This document shows positions 12,259-25,650 of a stretch of DNA of 64,000 bases, one piece after another. Source of the DNA: Anolis carolinensis (Eukaryota); NCBI RefSeq assembly GCF_035594765.1, contig NC_085841.1:261980525-262044524 (forward strand). The letters run 5' to 3'. The notes beneath the pieces were generated by a model. That model saw only the letters and a program-made list of their open reading frames with translations, was not told the origin of the DNA and made no database searches. Position 1 is the first letter of the stretch; the number at the start of each line of letters is the position of its first letter. Position numbers and translations under genes: made by a program.

Positions 12259-14901
12259 AAGTCTGGAAGCCCATCTGAAGAGGCGTTCTCCCTCCTTTCC
12301 AAAATATCTCAGCTAAATTTCTTCCTAATGCTTCTTTGCAGCAAAGAATTGAAAACTATGGAGTGAATGTATAGCATCTACACACAATTAGAGCACGATG
12401 ATTCCACTTTAAATGCCATGCTTCCATGCTATACACTCCTAAGATTTTTAGTTTATGGAGAAGGACATTGTGTTGCCAGCCAGAGAGCTCTACTGCTTCA
12501 CCAAACTACATACCATAGGATTAAATAGAAACAAAGTATGGCAATTAAAGTGGAATCATACTGCTACAATATGTATTGCAAAAAGCCTCAGGTCCAGTAC
12601 TCTAGCCACAACACCATACCAGCAGTTTATGTGTATCAATCCTTTTACTTCGGTTATCTAGAGGCTGCTATCACCACTCCAGTGCTATGAAGGCTTTGTT
12701 GTGTCTACTTCTGTTACTGAAGACCAAATTTGTTTAAGGACTATTGAGTCAGTTTGGGAACTGGATTAGGAGTCAAAACATCTCCTAATCTGGAGATGCT
12801 TGCAGGTCAAGTGCTTCCCACTAGTATGAGGTTCTCCTTCTCCATGCAATTTTATTTTACAAGCTTGACTGCAGTGGTCGTGAACAATTTGCCAGCTGCT
12901 TTGGAATGAGTCAAGGGGAAGAGGAGAAGTATCCATTACTTCTGCTGTGTCACAGGGGCTCCCTCATACCCCACACCCCTAGGATCAGATCCTGGGATAT
13001 AAGGACAGTGTAGAAGGGGCCTGAGTTGGGCAGGAAGAATGTTTTCTGAAAACACTGTTCACTACATTTGTGCAGATGCACAGCCCTTTCCCTACCCACC
13101 CTCAATCCCATAGAAATTTTATATTAGAGATTCAGAATAAATTTTTTGAATTGGGTTACTTGAACAATATTGTTTTTTAATGCTTTAAGATAATAATTCT
13201 TGTGTATGTACAATATAAAGGTAATGTAATGGAATTCATGTTTCAGAAATCCAGATTCCATCCTCCTCTGTCTAGCACCTTTCCCTGGAACACATTGGTG
13301 AAAATTAGCATTCTTTCATTGTCTTCTTTTTCATGGCCCAGTTCACCATCAACTCAGCCCAAGTTTTTGGAAGAAGGCCAAGTTCCAGCACAGCTGGAAT
13401 TTTGTACCTTGTCAAGCAGAACTATTCAATAGGAACTGCTCATGTGAAGATAACAAGATCTCCTCCATGGGACTGGCAGAATCAGGGTAGTTGCCTGGCA
13501 GTGTTGTGTTGCTGTATTGTTTCTTCTTGCTCTTTTGTTCTTACCTAAAAATAACCATGATTGGAAGAAGGTAAAAAGAAGTATTACTTAGAATGAACCG
13601 AAGCATTTTCAGAATAGCATTCAGCCTGTAACTAAAGGCTTTTGTTTAACAGCCAGCCTTAATTCGAGAGATTTTTGGCTATAAGATAATGTTCAGCTAT
13701 AAGACCTTAGGTTTCTAACCTTTTGAAAATAGGAGCCATAGTTATAGAAACTAAATGGCAGCTATGGTTCATAACAGCCTGGTGTTAGAAATGCTTACTA
13801 CTCTTCAAAAAATTCCTCTAGCTATCAACTGTCCATATTAACAAGATTTTAAACCTCAGGTTTTCTCTGATGGGAAGCCACCCGCATTTCACACTCTCTA
13901 CCTTAGGGCCAAACTGGTTATAACAGGACTGTCATGTTTGTTCATCATGTTTCCTCCATTCGTGCATAAAATGTGGAGTAAGCTTTTCATTTTCACAATG
14001 AAAGCTAAGTGAAGCAGAGAAGAGCTGAACTCTCCTTATTACCTGCAGCTCATTGAGTTCTCCCCTTAATCCGTAACCAGACTCATTTTAGATATATTGA
14101 GATTTTAAGCAGCATCAAGGCTTTATAGCATTGCCTCTACCCTGAAAATATAGTTCTTTAATAAATATTTCTGCATTTTTAGAATTTAGAGATCGCTCAT
14201 ATTCTGAAGGACTCTGTACAGGAAGCCTCTACCTTTCTGATGGGTTAAGGACAGCAACACTCTGGGAAAGGAATCAGTTGAAAAGTGGAACACATTATTT
14301 TTAGCTTACAAATGTATTTTGGTTGCCAAAAAATCAAAAATATCACACTACAGTATACTGTGACATATTTATGATTAGTCCCAAGTGAGCCTCATGGGAA
14401 AAAAGAACTGATGAAAGGGTAGATCCCTCCTCAAATTTATATAACTCGTCTATAATGTAAAGGTGTTGAAAGAATAAAGCATTAGAAAATGAGGTGTCCA
14501 AAGCTGAGAGGAGCCTTAGTCTGATGAGCTTGTGCATGAATCTGAAACTATTGCATAAAATATCAGCACCTTCTTTCTCTGTCCTACATTACTTGGGCCC
14601 TTTTTCATCAGCCTGGGATATTTCAAACTCTAGAGCAAACCTGGGAGGCAAGGACCTGAGGTGATGGAAAGGAAAGATGGCCAATGTTGACTCCCCCCTC
14701 TCCCTAGCATACTTTTCATTTGAACATTTAAACCCACACATACACACACACACACTTGAAACATGCAAGAAGCAGACCGAGAAACATGGCTTCTTTTTTT
14801 AAATATGGATTTCTTGTTAGATATGTTCATCATGGTGAGTTTTACTGACATGTCTTTTACATACATAATTTAATATTCATAAAACAAAGTTGACATACCT
14901 T

Positions 14902-16099
14902 GGGTTGTTGTGCATTTTCCAGGCTGTATGGTTATGTTCCAGGAGCATTCTCTCCTGACATTTCATCCACATCTATGGCAGGCATCCCCAGAGGTTGTGA
15001 GTATATTTAAGTCCTTTCAACTGTTATTTATATTGATACTGCAAACTATTAATCACAGCAAAAGGCTGTAGAGGAAATGACACAAGAATCAACCACAGTA
15101 CTATGTGTTGTTGATGGCTTTCATGGCCGGAATCACTGGGTTGATGTGAGTTTTCTGGGCTGTGTGGCCATGTTGCAGAAGCATTCTCTCTTGATGTTTC
15201 ACCCACATCTATGGCAGGCATCTTCAGAGGTTGTGAGGTATATTGGAAAACTAAGCAAGGGAGGTTGATATATCTGTGGAAGATCCAAGGTGGGAGAAAG
15301 AAACAGAGCACCCAAACATGAATCAAGGAACATGAAAGGCACTGCAGATTGACTGAACCAGAGAAGTCAGCCATAGAGGACCACTTGATGAACCAACCAG
15401 AACACAGTATAATATTTGAGAACACAGAAATGCTGGACCACTCTAACAACTATCATGTCACAGAGAAGCCATTGAAATCCACAAACATATGGACAATTTC
15501 AACAGAAATGAGGAAACCATGATTATGAACAAAATCTGGACACCAGTATTTAAAAAAAAACTCTAAAATCACACCCCTCACACCTTCTTTCACATTGTCT
15601 GTGTTATATTGTTCAATTGCTTTTATTGTATCCAGAAAAGACATTCTTGTCATAATAAGAACTGTATCAAAGTTGCTCACAAAACTTATAATTTTTTTTA
15701 AAAAAACCCTCTAAAATCAAAATAGTAAATTAAGAACCACGCCCTGAAAACAGAGGAATTACAGACATGAATCTAACTAACACCTTAGTACAAAGGATTC
15801 CCCCAGGCAGGAATCACCCAGGCATTGAAGCTGCAAGGCTTTTCAATGCTAATCAAGGTGATAAATTACAACATTTACACTGGCCTAAAACAGACAAGAG
15901 TTCTTTCTCCCACCCTGGATCTTCCTCAGATATATAAACCTCCCTTGCTTAGTTTTCCAATATACCTCACAACCTCTGAGGATGCCTAACATAGATGTGG
16001 GTGAAACGTCAGGAGAGAATGCTTCTGGAACATGACCATACATCCTGGAAAGTGCACAACAACCCAGTGATTCTGGCCATGAAAGCCTTCGACAACACA
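14902..16099. mobile_element. Composite Penelope-like insertion (inverted pLTR pieces, GIY-YIG region, 3' pLTR)
   Basis: 12-bp TSD TTGACATACCTT at 14890-14901 and 16100-16111; GIY-YIG coding remnants at ~15305-15570. Confidence 0.85.
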
Positions 16100-16919
16100 T
16101 TGACATACCTTTAATATGGTTTCAATTGTTGAAAAACTTCATTGACATTGGTGATACTGATTTGTATTGCAACAATGTTACCCCAAACTTAAAATGTTTT
16201 TCTCTCTAAAGATGCAAAGAGGGGAAGGCATCTGCAATATAATTAAGGTAAATGGGTTCATTGGCAGCACATCTGCTCCTCACTGCATAAACTTCTATGG
16301 GAATGAAGCCAGAGAAGTAAGATGATAGTTTCCTTGTTCCCAAACATTGCCAGTCAACTGAGGGGACACAACGTCCTCATATCTACCTGTTATGTAATTT
16401 CAATTTCTATAAGGACTGTGGATTCAGGCCCAGTGTGTCTAGATCCAAAAGACCGAATGCGACACATACGGGCAGAAGGCAATGATCAGAGGCTTTATTT
16501 TCAATAGCAAAAGAGGATGTCAGCAGAGTCAGTGCTCCAAAAAAACGGACATGGTGCAATTGCAAGCATACAAATTTATGTATAGCCTTCTGACGGCTAT
16601 TCAAAACTACCATGCTAGATTCTAATTGTTCTGAAATGGTTCTGGTTAGGATCCACCTCCTGATATGTCCAAGTCTCTATCCGATGCCATCGCTGGTTGG
16701 TTCCAGTCGTTACGGGAAATTTTATAAAATGTCATATTATTTTAAAGGTTTGCATCTGTTTTTGATCTGCCCAAGAGGGGGATGCAAGTGGAAAGGAATG
16801 GAGTGGGGTATTCCTTTCCATTTGGGTTCCAGTCAGGTAAACAATGCGTTCCAATCAAGTAAACAAAAAGATGCTCAGGGTTTTGGCAATTTCAATGGAG
16901 ACCCCAAGCAAGGGGTTCA

Positions 16920-17477
16920 ATGATAAATAGGAGTATAGTGTCTAGATCCAGGAAAGTAATGCTACCCCTCTGTTCTGCCTTGGTAAGACCACAGCTAGGA
17001 TACTGTGTCCAATTCTGGGCACTGCAATCGAAGGGAGATGTTGACAAGCTGAAATGTATCCAGAGGAGGGAGACTAAAATGATCAAGGGTCTGGAAAACA
17101 AGCCCTATGAGGAGTGACTTAAAGAGCATGTTTAGCCTACAGAAGAGAAGGCTGAGAGGAGACATGATGGCCATGTATAAATATGTGAGAAGAAGTCATA
17201 GGGAGGAGGGAGCAAGCTTGTCTACTGCTGCCCTGGAGACTGGGATGCGGAGTAATGGCTTCAAACTACAGGAAAGGAGATTCTACTTGAACATTAGGAA
17301 GAACTTCCTAACTGTGAGAGCTGTTCAGCAGTGGAACTCTCTGCCCCAGAGTGTGCTGGATGCTCCTTCTTTGGAGGCTTTTAAGCAGAGGCTGGAAGTT
17401 CATCTGTCGGGGGTGCTTTGAATGCAATTTTCCTGCTTCTTGGCAGGGGGTTGGACTATGATTCTATGAATCTATGA
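16920..17477 (+). mobile_element. CR1 LINE 3' fragment
   Basis: Translates INRSIVSRSRKVMLPL.SALVRP.L.YCVQFW...KRRLRGDM...RKNFLTVRAVQQWNSLP; (ATTCTATG)n tail. Confidence 0.93.
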
Positions 17478-18334
17478 AAATGCATTCAACAAGTTCATGC
17501 AATAAATAGAACTACTTTAAATTGGAGCATTTCTGTAAATAGTTTCAGTTTTATTTCTTGCCCTATTTCAAATTAATGTGATGAACCTTATGCCCTTCCT
17601 AACTGGTGATGAAAGTCATTGAGTCTTGTAATGCAACATGAACCTCTGTTTAGGCACAATGGAAATGAGTCATTTGCAAAATACCGTGATCAATAATAAT
17701 AATTTAAGGTCAAGATTCTCCATCCCATGTCTATGATGTTGCACACTGGATTGCTCTCATGTGTTTGTGCTTGTTGCAGGTCCTCCTGGCTTTTTGTCTA
17801 CTTGTCAAAAGGTTCTTTATTATTGCTGGGCAGGTCTTGAACATCTCCGCCAAAGCAACTGGGTGTACTCCAGATTAGCTTTTTCTCCTACATAGCTATG
17901 TTTCTTCCTTTATGCCTTCTGTCAGAAATATGTCTTGGGATCAACAAAAGGGGACCTGAGCCCTCACTTGGAGGGATTTCTCAGAAATGATGCAGTGTGG
18001 TAAATACTGTCAATGTCTCTTGGGTTCACAGAGCGGGTATGCTGCTTTGCCATTTTGCTGTGGATTGTGCTACAAAATGGGGAATTTCTTTGCTATCATG
18101 TATTCACAGGCACTAGCTTTGTGTGTGGCTTGTGGGCATCATGGCCAGCACAGTTCCCAATTCATACACTTAGGTGATTTCCATAAATACTGTGGATACA
18201 ATGTGCTATTTTTGCACCATTTTGAGATTTTCCAAATTATGGGTTTCCCCTGCCACTCTTGGTATGTGCACATATAGATGATGGCAATAGTTATGATGGT
18301 GTAACTTAGCATTTTCATCACCCCAACTACAGAA

Positions 18335-18590
18335 TTGTAGACCTATAAAGCACTAGACGGTTTTGGTCCAGACTATCTGAAAGAATGCATATTCATATAA
18401 CAACCTGACAGAATATTAAGATTTACAAAGGAAGGTTTCTTTCAGTCCCTTCACCATCACATGAGGACACAAGAGAGAGCCTTCTCAGTGGCTGCCCAAC
18501 AAGTTATTGAACTCTTTTCTGTGGGAAGCCATGAGGCCCCTGTCTGCTTTCTCTTCACTGGCAGGTGAAAACATTTTTATTGAAGCAGGA
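18335..18590 (+). mobile_element. Degraded L2 LINE fragment
   Basis: TYKAL.G.GP.YLKE-like translation; a similar antisense remnant lies at ~49990-50480. Confidence 0.55.
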
Positions 18591-18895
18591 ATAGCTGTTA
18601 CTGAACATGTTTTATAAATGTGGAGCTTGTTTCCAAAAGGTAACAAATCAATCTGAACAAATTTTATAGGCATTTTTAAAACTATGCTGATGATATGCAT
18701 TCTTTTGCTATTACAGGCAATTTTCCAAGCCCTGTACAGAAGTGATTGCATACATTTAGATCGTTTTGATCTGAACATAATATTTGACTCCTAGCCAACA
18801 ATGTGCTGCTACCTATAACTTATTTTTCAATTTATTTATTTATTTATTTATTTATTATTTAAGGTTTTGTTGCCTTTTGGAAACAATCTCTCAAT

Positions 18896-19195
18896 GGCCC
18901 CTTCTACACAGCTGTATAAATTCTACATTGTCTGCTTTGAACTGGATTATATGGCAGTGTAAACTAAGGGCCCTTCCAGACAGGCCCTATATCCTAGGCT
19001 CTGATCCCAGGTTTTCTGATTTAACCTGGATTTATGAGTCCCCATTGCCAGATAATCTGGGATAAACAGAAAACCCAGGATCAGATCCCGGGATATAAGG
19101 CCTGTCTTGAAGGGCTCTAAGATAATCCACTCCAAAGCACATAATATGGATTTTCTGATTTGATAACTTGGATTATCTGGCAGTGTAGAAGCCCC
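18896..19195. mobile_element. Harbinger-type MITE with a related MITE nested at 18968-19117
   Basis: Inner element GGGCCCTTCCAGAC...GTCTTGAAGGGCTC with 3-bp TAA TSD. Confidence 0.75.
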
Positions 19196-19211
19196 TCCCC
19201 TTCAATATATA

Positions 19212-19903
19212 CAGTAGAGTCCCGCTTATCTGAGTTCGCTTACCCGACACTCCTTATTATTCAAGGCAAATGTCCTCCCCTGCTCTTTCTCACTCACTCA
19301 CTCACCCTGCTGGGTCCCAGCGGGGTGAGTGAACGAGGGACAGCAGGTGGGCGAGTGAAGGAGGGAGGCAAAGCCCCCCCCCCCTGTTCGCTCACTCGCT
19401 CGCTCCTTCGCCAGGTCGGGTCCCGGTGCTGCTGGGACCCAGTGGTGAAGGACCAGAGGGACGGCGGGTGGGCGAATGAAGGAGGGCGGCAAAGGCCCTC
19501 CTTTGCTTGCTTGCTCACTCGCTCCTTCGCCAGGCCGGGACCTGGTGCTGCTGGGACCCGGTGTGGTGAAGGAGCTGAGGGATGGTAGGCGGGCGAGTGA
19601 AGGAGGGTGGCAAAGACCCTCCCTTGCTCGCTCACTCACTCGCTCCTTCGCCAGGCTGGGACCCAGTGCCGCCGGGACCCGGCATGGTGAAGGACCAGAG
19701 GGATTGGGGACGGGTGAGTGAAGGAGGACAGCGAAGGCCCTCCCTCGCTCACTCGCTTGCTCGCTCCTTCGCCAGGCCGGGCCCCAAGGCAGCCTGGTAA
19801 GTGAGCAAGGGAGGGAGGGTGGGTGAGCTAGCACCCACCCTGTTATCCGTCAGTTTTGCTCATTCTGCTCACCAGTTTATGACAGATAAGCGAGACTCTA
19901 CTG
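19212..19903. mobile_element. Tc1/mariner-pogo non-autonomous element carrying a GC-rich ~120-bp tandem array
   Basis: TIR CAGTAGAGTCCCGCTTATCTG / CAGATAAGCGAGACTCTACTG with TA TSD; GCTCCTTCGCCAGG recurs at ~19402, 19521, 19642 and 19763. Confidence 0.85.
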
Positions 19904-21952
19904 TATTCTAACTTGTGTGTGTTTTATTTTGTTTCTTTAATTGTATTGTATGATTTCTAATTTTTATATTGTATAATATATGCATTATTTTGTTGTTTTA
20001 TAAGTTGCCTTGGGTCCTGCTCTGGAGGAAAAGCAGCATTTATGTTAAATAAAAACACAATAAGTAAATAGTGTAGAATTGCTCTCCACAAGGGAAGAGG
20101 AAAATCTGCAAAGAAAGGCATGCCAGCTCTTTGACCTCTTAAACAGAACTTCTGTTTCTGGCATAAACTAATATTTGCTGAAAGACCAATGGCAATTCAT
20201 ACAGAAGTCATGATGTTGCAACAACTCCTTTGGATTCTCAGATAACAGGTTAATAAGCAACTATCCAGATTTGTAAGTCCATCTGGTTCAAAATATTCCT
20301 AAGTACAAAGGTGAGAGAATTCATTGTTCCATGAACGTTAGATTGTTATAATTCTTCATATATGATGTCATTATTTCACGTTATGATATTATGAATAGCT
20401 ATATTTACTTCATGCTGGGAAAAGTCAAATGTGCTTGCCAATTAGTTTGTAAAAAAAAAAAGTGTGCAAAGAATTTGAGGCTCAATCATAGTTCGCCAGC
20501 ATGTGTTTTCCTACTAGTTTTAAATGCCGTAACTTGTCTTCCCATTACAACTGAACATATTTATCCTTTCAAACACTATTATTTGTGGGGAAATAGTTCC
20601 TTACTCCATCAAATGTGGAATAAGTCATTGGAAATAGTGGCATTGCTTAGGTTAGTATCACGTAGTGTAGTAATTCATGGTGTCATCCCTATTGCCCTCT
20701 TTCTCTACCATAATATTAAAGCTGACGTACCAAAAAAATTGACAAAAAATGTGATTATATTGAGTGGGGTAGGACTGGATGGCTCGTGTGCTCTTTTCCA
20801 GCTCTGTGGTTTTATGATTAAAATTATTTGAGCTAAGATATTATAATTTTTATAATGCTTAATGGTTTACAGTCTCATGATTTTCAAAGAAAATTTGGTT
20901 TCTCCTGCTGCAGTCAATCTAAGATTGAGAGGGTGAGTCCAAAAGCTGCTCTTATTTTCTCACTGCTAGAAATATGTCCTTCCCACTCCAAGAAATGGCA
21001 TAATTATTTCACCAGTCTCATGCATGGATTTTTTTTCACATGTAATGTGCATGACATACAGTTCTATTCCCTTTCTCACAATTGACAAAGGCTAAACAGC
21101 ACACATTTCTAAGCCAGGAATAGGTGAAGTGCATTTCACACAACTATGGGGAAAGAGGGAGCTGTTAAAAATCCAAAGTAGTCTTCTTTAGAGGAAAAAA
21201 AAGAGCTAAGTCACACCCTACTTCTAAAAGACTGTTTGAAAGAGGAGCTTGGTATAGCCAGACACTTCAGAGAACATGACTAGGTATGTATTTTTACACT
21301 CTTTTTTTCCAAGGAAAGGAGATTTCAGAAATGTGATCTGCTAAGGACCGAAGAGGACAAAAATGCCCCCAGCTACTCCAAACTTGCTCCACCATGATCT
21401 AAAGTACAGCAAAAGGAAGTTTATTTTCCTTTTTTGCAGTGTTAGGAAATTTCCAGTCATCTTCATAGGTTTGGACTGCCATAGAAAAGAGAGCACAAGA
21501 AATATGGGGTTATGGTAAATAAATAATATTTAGAAACATACAGAGGAAATAAGAGAATAAGAACCAACAAACTCTAGCTAGGCAATTCCCCGGGGAATAT
21601 CGGCCATAGTCAAGACTGAGAAAAGTTTTTCATGAGCATTCAAGGAAGTGCCAAGGAAACCGCGTTTTAGGATTTGAAACTTGTTTATTATTCTGAGCGT
21701 TTGAGGAAGCAAGTTAAGACATTAAGACAAGCTGCATCCCAGCTGTGCCTATTGGGACAAGAACACAGTTCAGTCTTTGCAACCCTGTACTGTTGTTTTC
21801 CATCTACACCAAGTCTTTATGTAATTATTACATTTTAAAAATCCTCATTTTCCTTCAAGGAGTTTGGGAATGCATCTCACACCCACCCACTCTGTAAGGT
21901 AGTTTGAAAAATACTGAAAAATATGACCCCCATATCTGCATACCCTTTATGT

Positions 21953-22087
21953 CAGTGGTTCTCAACCTGTGGGTCCCCAGGTGTTTTGGCCTACAACTCC
22001 CAGAAATCCCAGTCAGTTTACTAGCAGTTAGGATTTCTGGGAGTTGAAGGCCAAAACATCTGGGGGTCCACAGGTAAGGAACCACTG
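21953..22087. mobile_element. ~135-bp palindromic hAT MITE (CAGTGGTTCTCAACC TIR)
   Basis: Exact 8-bp TSD CTTTATGT. Confidence 0.88.
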
Positions 22088-22480
22088 CTTTATGTGGATA
22101 CCTGACAATTAACCCTAGTACGGGAAATAAAGGACTTCCAAGAATGCCATAGAGTTGTGCTGAAGACTTAGAAAATCCCTAGAGGCCATAGTTCATTGCA
22201 AGTGGATAAATGAAATTGCCATCCAGTAGGTATGGGAGCTGTACTGTAAGGCTTGTTTCAAAGTGAACTGCATGGCTGGATGTGAATATAAATCCTGGTG
22301 TCCCTGTTTCTAGTCTGAGTCAATGGTCATTATGTCATGTTAGCACTCACTAACCAGATGCATAGATAGGCCCATCATCTCAAAAACCATAATCAGAAAT
22401 GCTAAGCTGCGTGAGCCTGAATATATAACTTACGTGGTCCATATAGTTAAAGGAAAATTAAGTGAGATACAATATTTGTT

Positions 22481-22792
22481 AGTCCCCAGTGGCACAGTGG
22501 ATTAAACCGCTGAGCTGCTGAACTTGCTGATCAAAAGGTCAGCAGTTCGAATCCGGGAAGCGGGGTGAACTCCCTGCTTCTGCCAACCTAGCAGTTCGAA
22601 AACATGCAAATGTGAGTAGATCAATAAGTACCACTGTGGCGGGAAGGTAGCGGCCCTCCATGCAGTCATGCCGGCCACATGACCTTGGAGGTGTCTATGG
22701 ACAACGCCGGCTCTTCGGCTTAGAAATAGAGATGAGCAACAACCCCCAAACACTACTAGACTTAATGTCAGAGGAAAACCTTTACCTTTACC
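22481..22792 (+). mobile_element. Sauria SINE
   Basis: Consensus-like body, ACCTTT tail, TSD TACAATATTTGT. Confidence 0.9.
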
Positions 22793-24677
22793 TACAATAT
22801 TTGTAAATATATTGTATCTTCCTGAATTCATTAGTTCCATGTCCCTCACAAGGTAATATTTGTGTAATCAGGGTGAGTGCAGCACAGCCTAAAACCAATA
22901 GCTGGCCTTCCTCGGGTTAGTAAGGCTAGAGAGGTTGTTTGGGTGACCAGATCTCTTGTAGTTACTGGGCTAGTTTTAGACTCTAGCCTAAAAAAACGTT
23001 TTATGCTAGAGTCTCTATAAAAGATGTCAACTTGTTCTGTGTCTTTTTTGGTGTACACTTCCCAAGGCAATATTATCCCAAACTGCCATGACCACCTTGA
23101 GCAGTTTGCACTTCAGTAACCTTCAAATTTAGCAACCTACTTTCAGGATGAACACATTCACTGGAGATATTGCCTAATCTCTCACTTCAATTGGGTTTTA
23201 TTCTGGCTATTGTTGGAAACAAACCAAATAGACCAATGAATACAGAAGCTGGTACAAATATTTACCTGTAATAGTTCTTATGACTCTAGTTGCACAATAA
23301 GCTGAGTCTTCAAAAGAGTAAACAAATATAAATAGTTGTGAGTCAAAATTCTTGCAACTACCCTTGTATTAAACAAGTCAAACAGGCATACTTGGCAGGA
23401 CCGTAACAGTTCAAATTTCTTCCTCTAGAAAATATCACAATCGCTTATTTGGATCATTGTATAGATTGCCATACTATTACATAATGAGAAGTGTGGGAAA
23501 CAATTCTGCTGCATGAAATGTCTCTTATTTTTTTGTGCCATGCATGAGTGAGATGGTTCTATCTCTTAAATCTACCAAAAATCTGTTGTATGGACTGGAA
23601 TGGCATTTCAACCCACAAAATTGGATTAAGCACTTGTCAAACAGGAATTTCAGTTCAAAGGCTCTCTTACTCAGCACTTTAGCTCTATGGGGTTCTTCCA
23701 CAGTGGGATCCTTTATTATCCTCCAGCCTCTGGTGATGTAGGGATGGGCACATTGGGCAGCAACAGCACAATAAGGAGTTGCAACAGAAAGATATTGGTG
23801 GGAGGAACAAGGCTTTCCCACTAGGTCTCAGAAGGGTTTCGGATGCCTGTGTCACAGAAGCCACCTATGGTGCTTGCTGGGTATCACTATAACACCGAGA
23901 TAGCAAATTCAGTGCCCTGAAGTACTTCCGCAATCTTCTACCATCCAGCTTCATTAGTTGTCCTGGCTTCTGACATTATGTAAATTTCTGTAAAATTGTG
24001 ATCTATTTTCCAATACAAAGGTCAAGATGGCAACCTCACCCATTCCAAGTATAAAGTTCAACTAAGCTGGCTGTTGAATTTTACCTTTTGATAAGAGCCC
24101 TTCACTTCACTGAGGCAGCAACTTATTTTAAGGGTCCAGGGCAAATTGCATGGCACATCCAGGTTTGCCCTCTCAGAGACCTCTTCCTCCACATTCTTTT
24201 GGCTGTTTCACACATGAACTGAGGTTATACTTTAGACCCATAAGCTCAGAAATGAAAAGCAGATGAAATACATTTTAATGAGCTCTAGTCCAGACTTCTT
24301 TCATAGCTCGGGGAAGTCAATACTAGACATCCCTGCATGTTGGGCAAGAAGCTGGTTTAATGGGCATTTCCTCTGCCCAGTGATTGCTGGAAAAGGTGGC
24401 TCTGAGAAGGGACAAATGATTTAGGTTTCTAAAAGAGCATTTTGATCAAATTAGGGTTTCAAGTCATCCCCAAAGAAAGTAGAGCCTGTCATCATCAAAA
24501 ATAACTTTATAATACGGATGTTATTTAATTTAACTGAAAGGCACTATGACGTCTTTGTCTCATCCTTTTTCATGGTTTTCACTTTTCAGATAGCAGGTGT
24601 TCTTGCCAGAAAGCCACGTAATGCAGAACAATCCTGTATTTGTAAAAATAAAACACTGAATTATTCTTGCTCTACAG

Positions 24678-24818
24678 CAGTGGTTCTCAACCTGTGGGTC
24701 CCCTCCCCAAGTGTTTTGGCCTTCAACTTCCAGAAATCCTAACAGCTGGTAAACTGGCTGGGATTTCTGGGGTTTGTTGGCCTAAAACATCTGGGGACCC
24801 ACAGGTTGACCACTGCTG
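24678..24818. mobile_element. hAT MITE (same family as 21953)
   Basis: TIRs; TSD CTCTACAG/CTTTACAG. Confidence 0.85.
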
Positions 24819-25491
24819 CTTTACAGAAAACGGTTCACGTTCATTTTGATATCACACAGTGCACACTTCGACACTAGCAGAGCTAAAAACCACAACTGCT
24901 TAAACTTCCTCCCACTTTGAAGTGAAACGCCCTGTATAGAAACTTACGACTTTTTTTAGTTTTAGTAAGAGCTTAAGATGGTTCAAAAAGAAAGTTGTCG
25001 CCTGCTTAATTCACGATATACAGTATACAGTTCTTATACACAGCAATGCACACTGTTCCTTAAATGTCCTTTTAAAACAATTAACAAATATTTTGGTGGT
25101 TAAAAACTGTTTGGGATAGCTTGTGTCTAAAGAGAGATAATGATTGTCTCATGGTAGAACACTTCTGATAAGGAAATCGGTCTTTCTCTCATTCTCAGAC
25201 TTGTCTTACAATCCCATTTTTTCTATTTTTTCAAATATTTTTATTTAACATTTTATAGGAAAATAGGGGATGGGGGACAAGGGAAAGGAAAAAGAAAAAT
25301 TTGGGGATAATAGATGAATTATTGGTTAATTGCATCTAGTATGTCACAAGGAAGAAACAAAGGGCAAAGGTTGCTGAGGAATGAATGGTTCTTTTACAAT
25401 ATTATTATTACGACAAGTCTTCATCTCTGTTTCTTTATTTTTGTTCTAGAATGCATGTATTTTATAGAGTTTATTAAAAAAATTAATTAGC

Positions 25492-25650
25492 TGTGTTTTG
25501 AAGGCTTTTATGGCTGGAATCACTGGGTTGCTGTGAGTTTTCCGGGCTGTATGGCCATGTTCCAGAAGCATTCTCTCCTGTCATTTCGCCCACATCTATG
25601 GCAGGCATCCTCAGACATCCCCATACAGCCCAGAAATCACAGCAACCCAG
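25492..25650. mobile_element. Penelope-like pLTR fragment with short inversion
   Basis: pLTR sequence followed by an inverted end piece. Confidence 0.8.

Noticed and set aside
16388-16919. Possible reverse-oriented solo LTR
   Set aside because: Only a TGTTA end and a minus-strand AATAAA; no second boundary or TSD
19294-19834. Long ORFs (113-178 aa) on both strands
   Set aside because: By-products of the GC-rich tandem repeat inside a MITE
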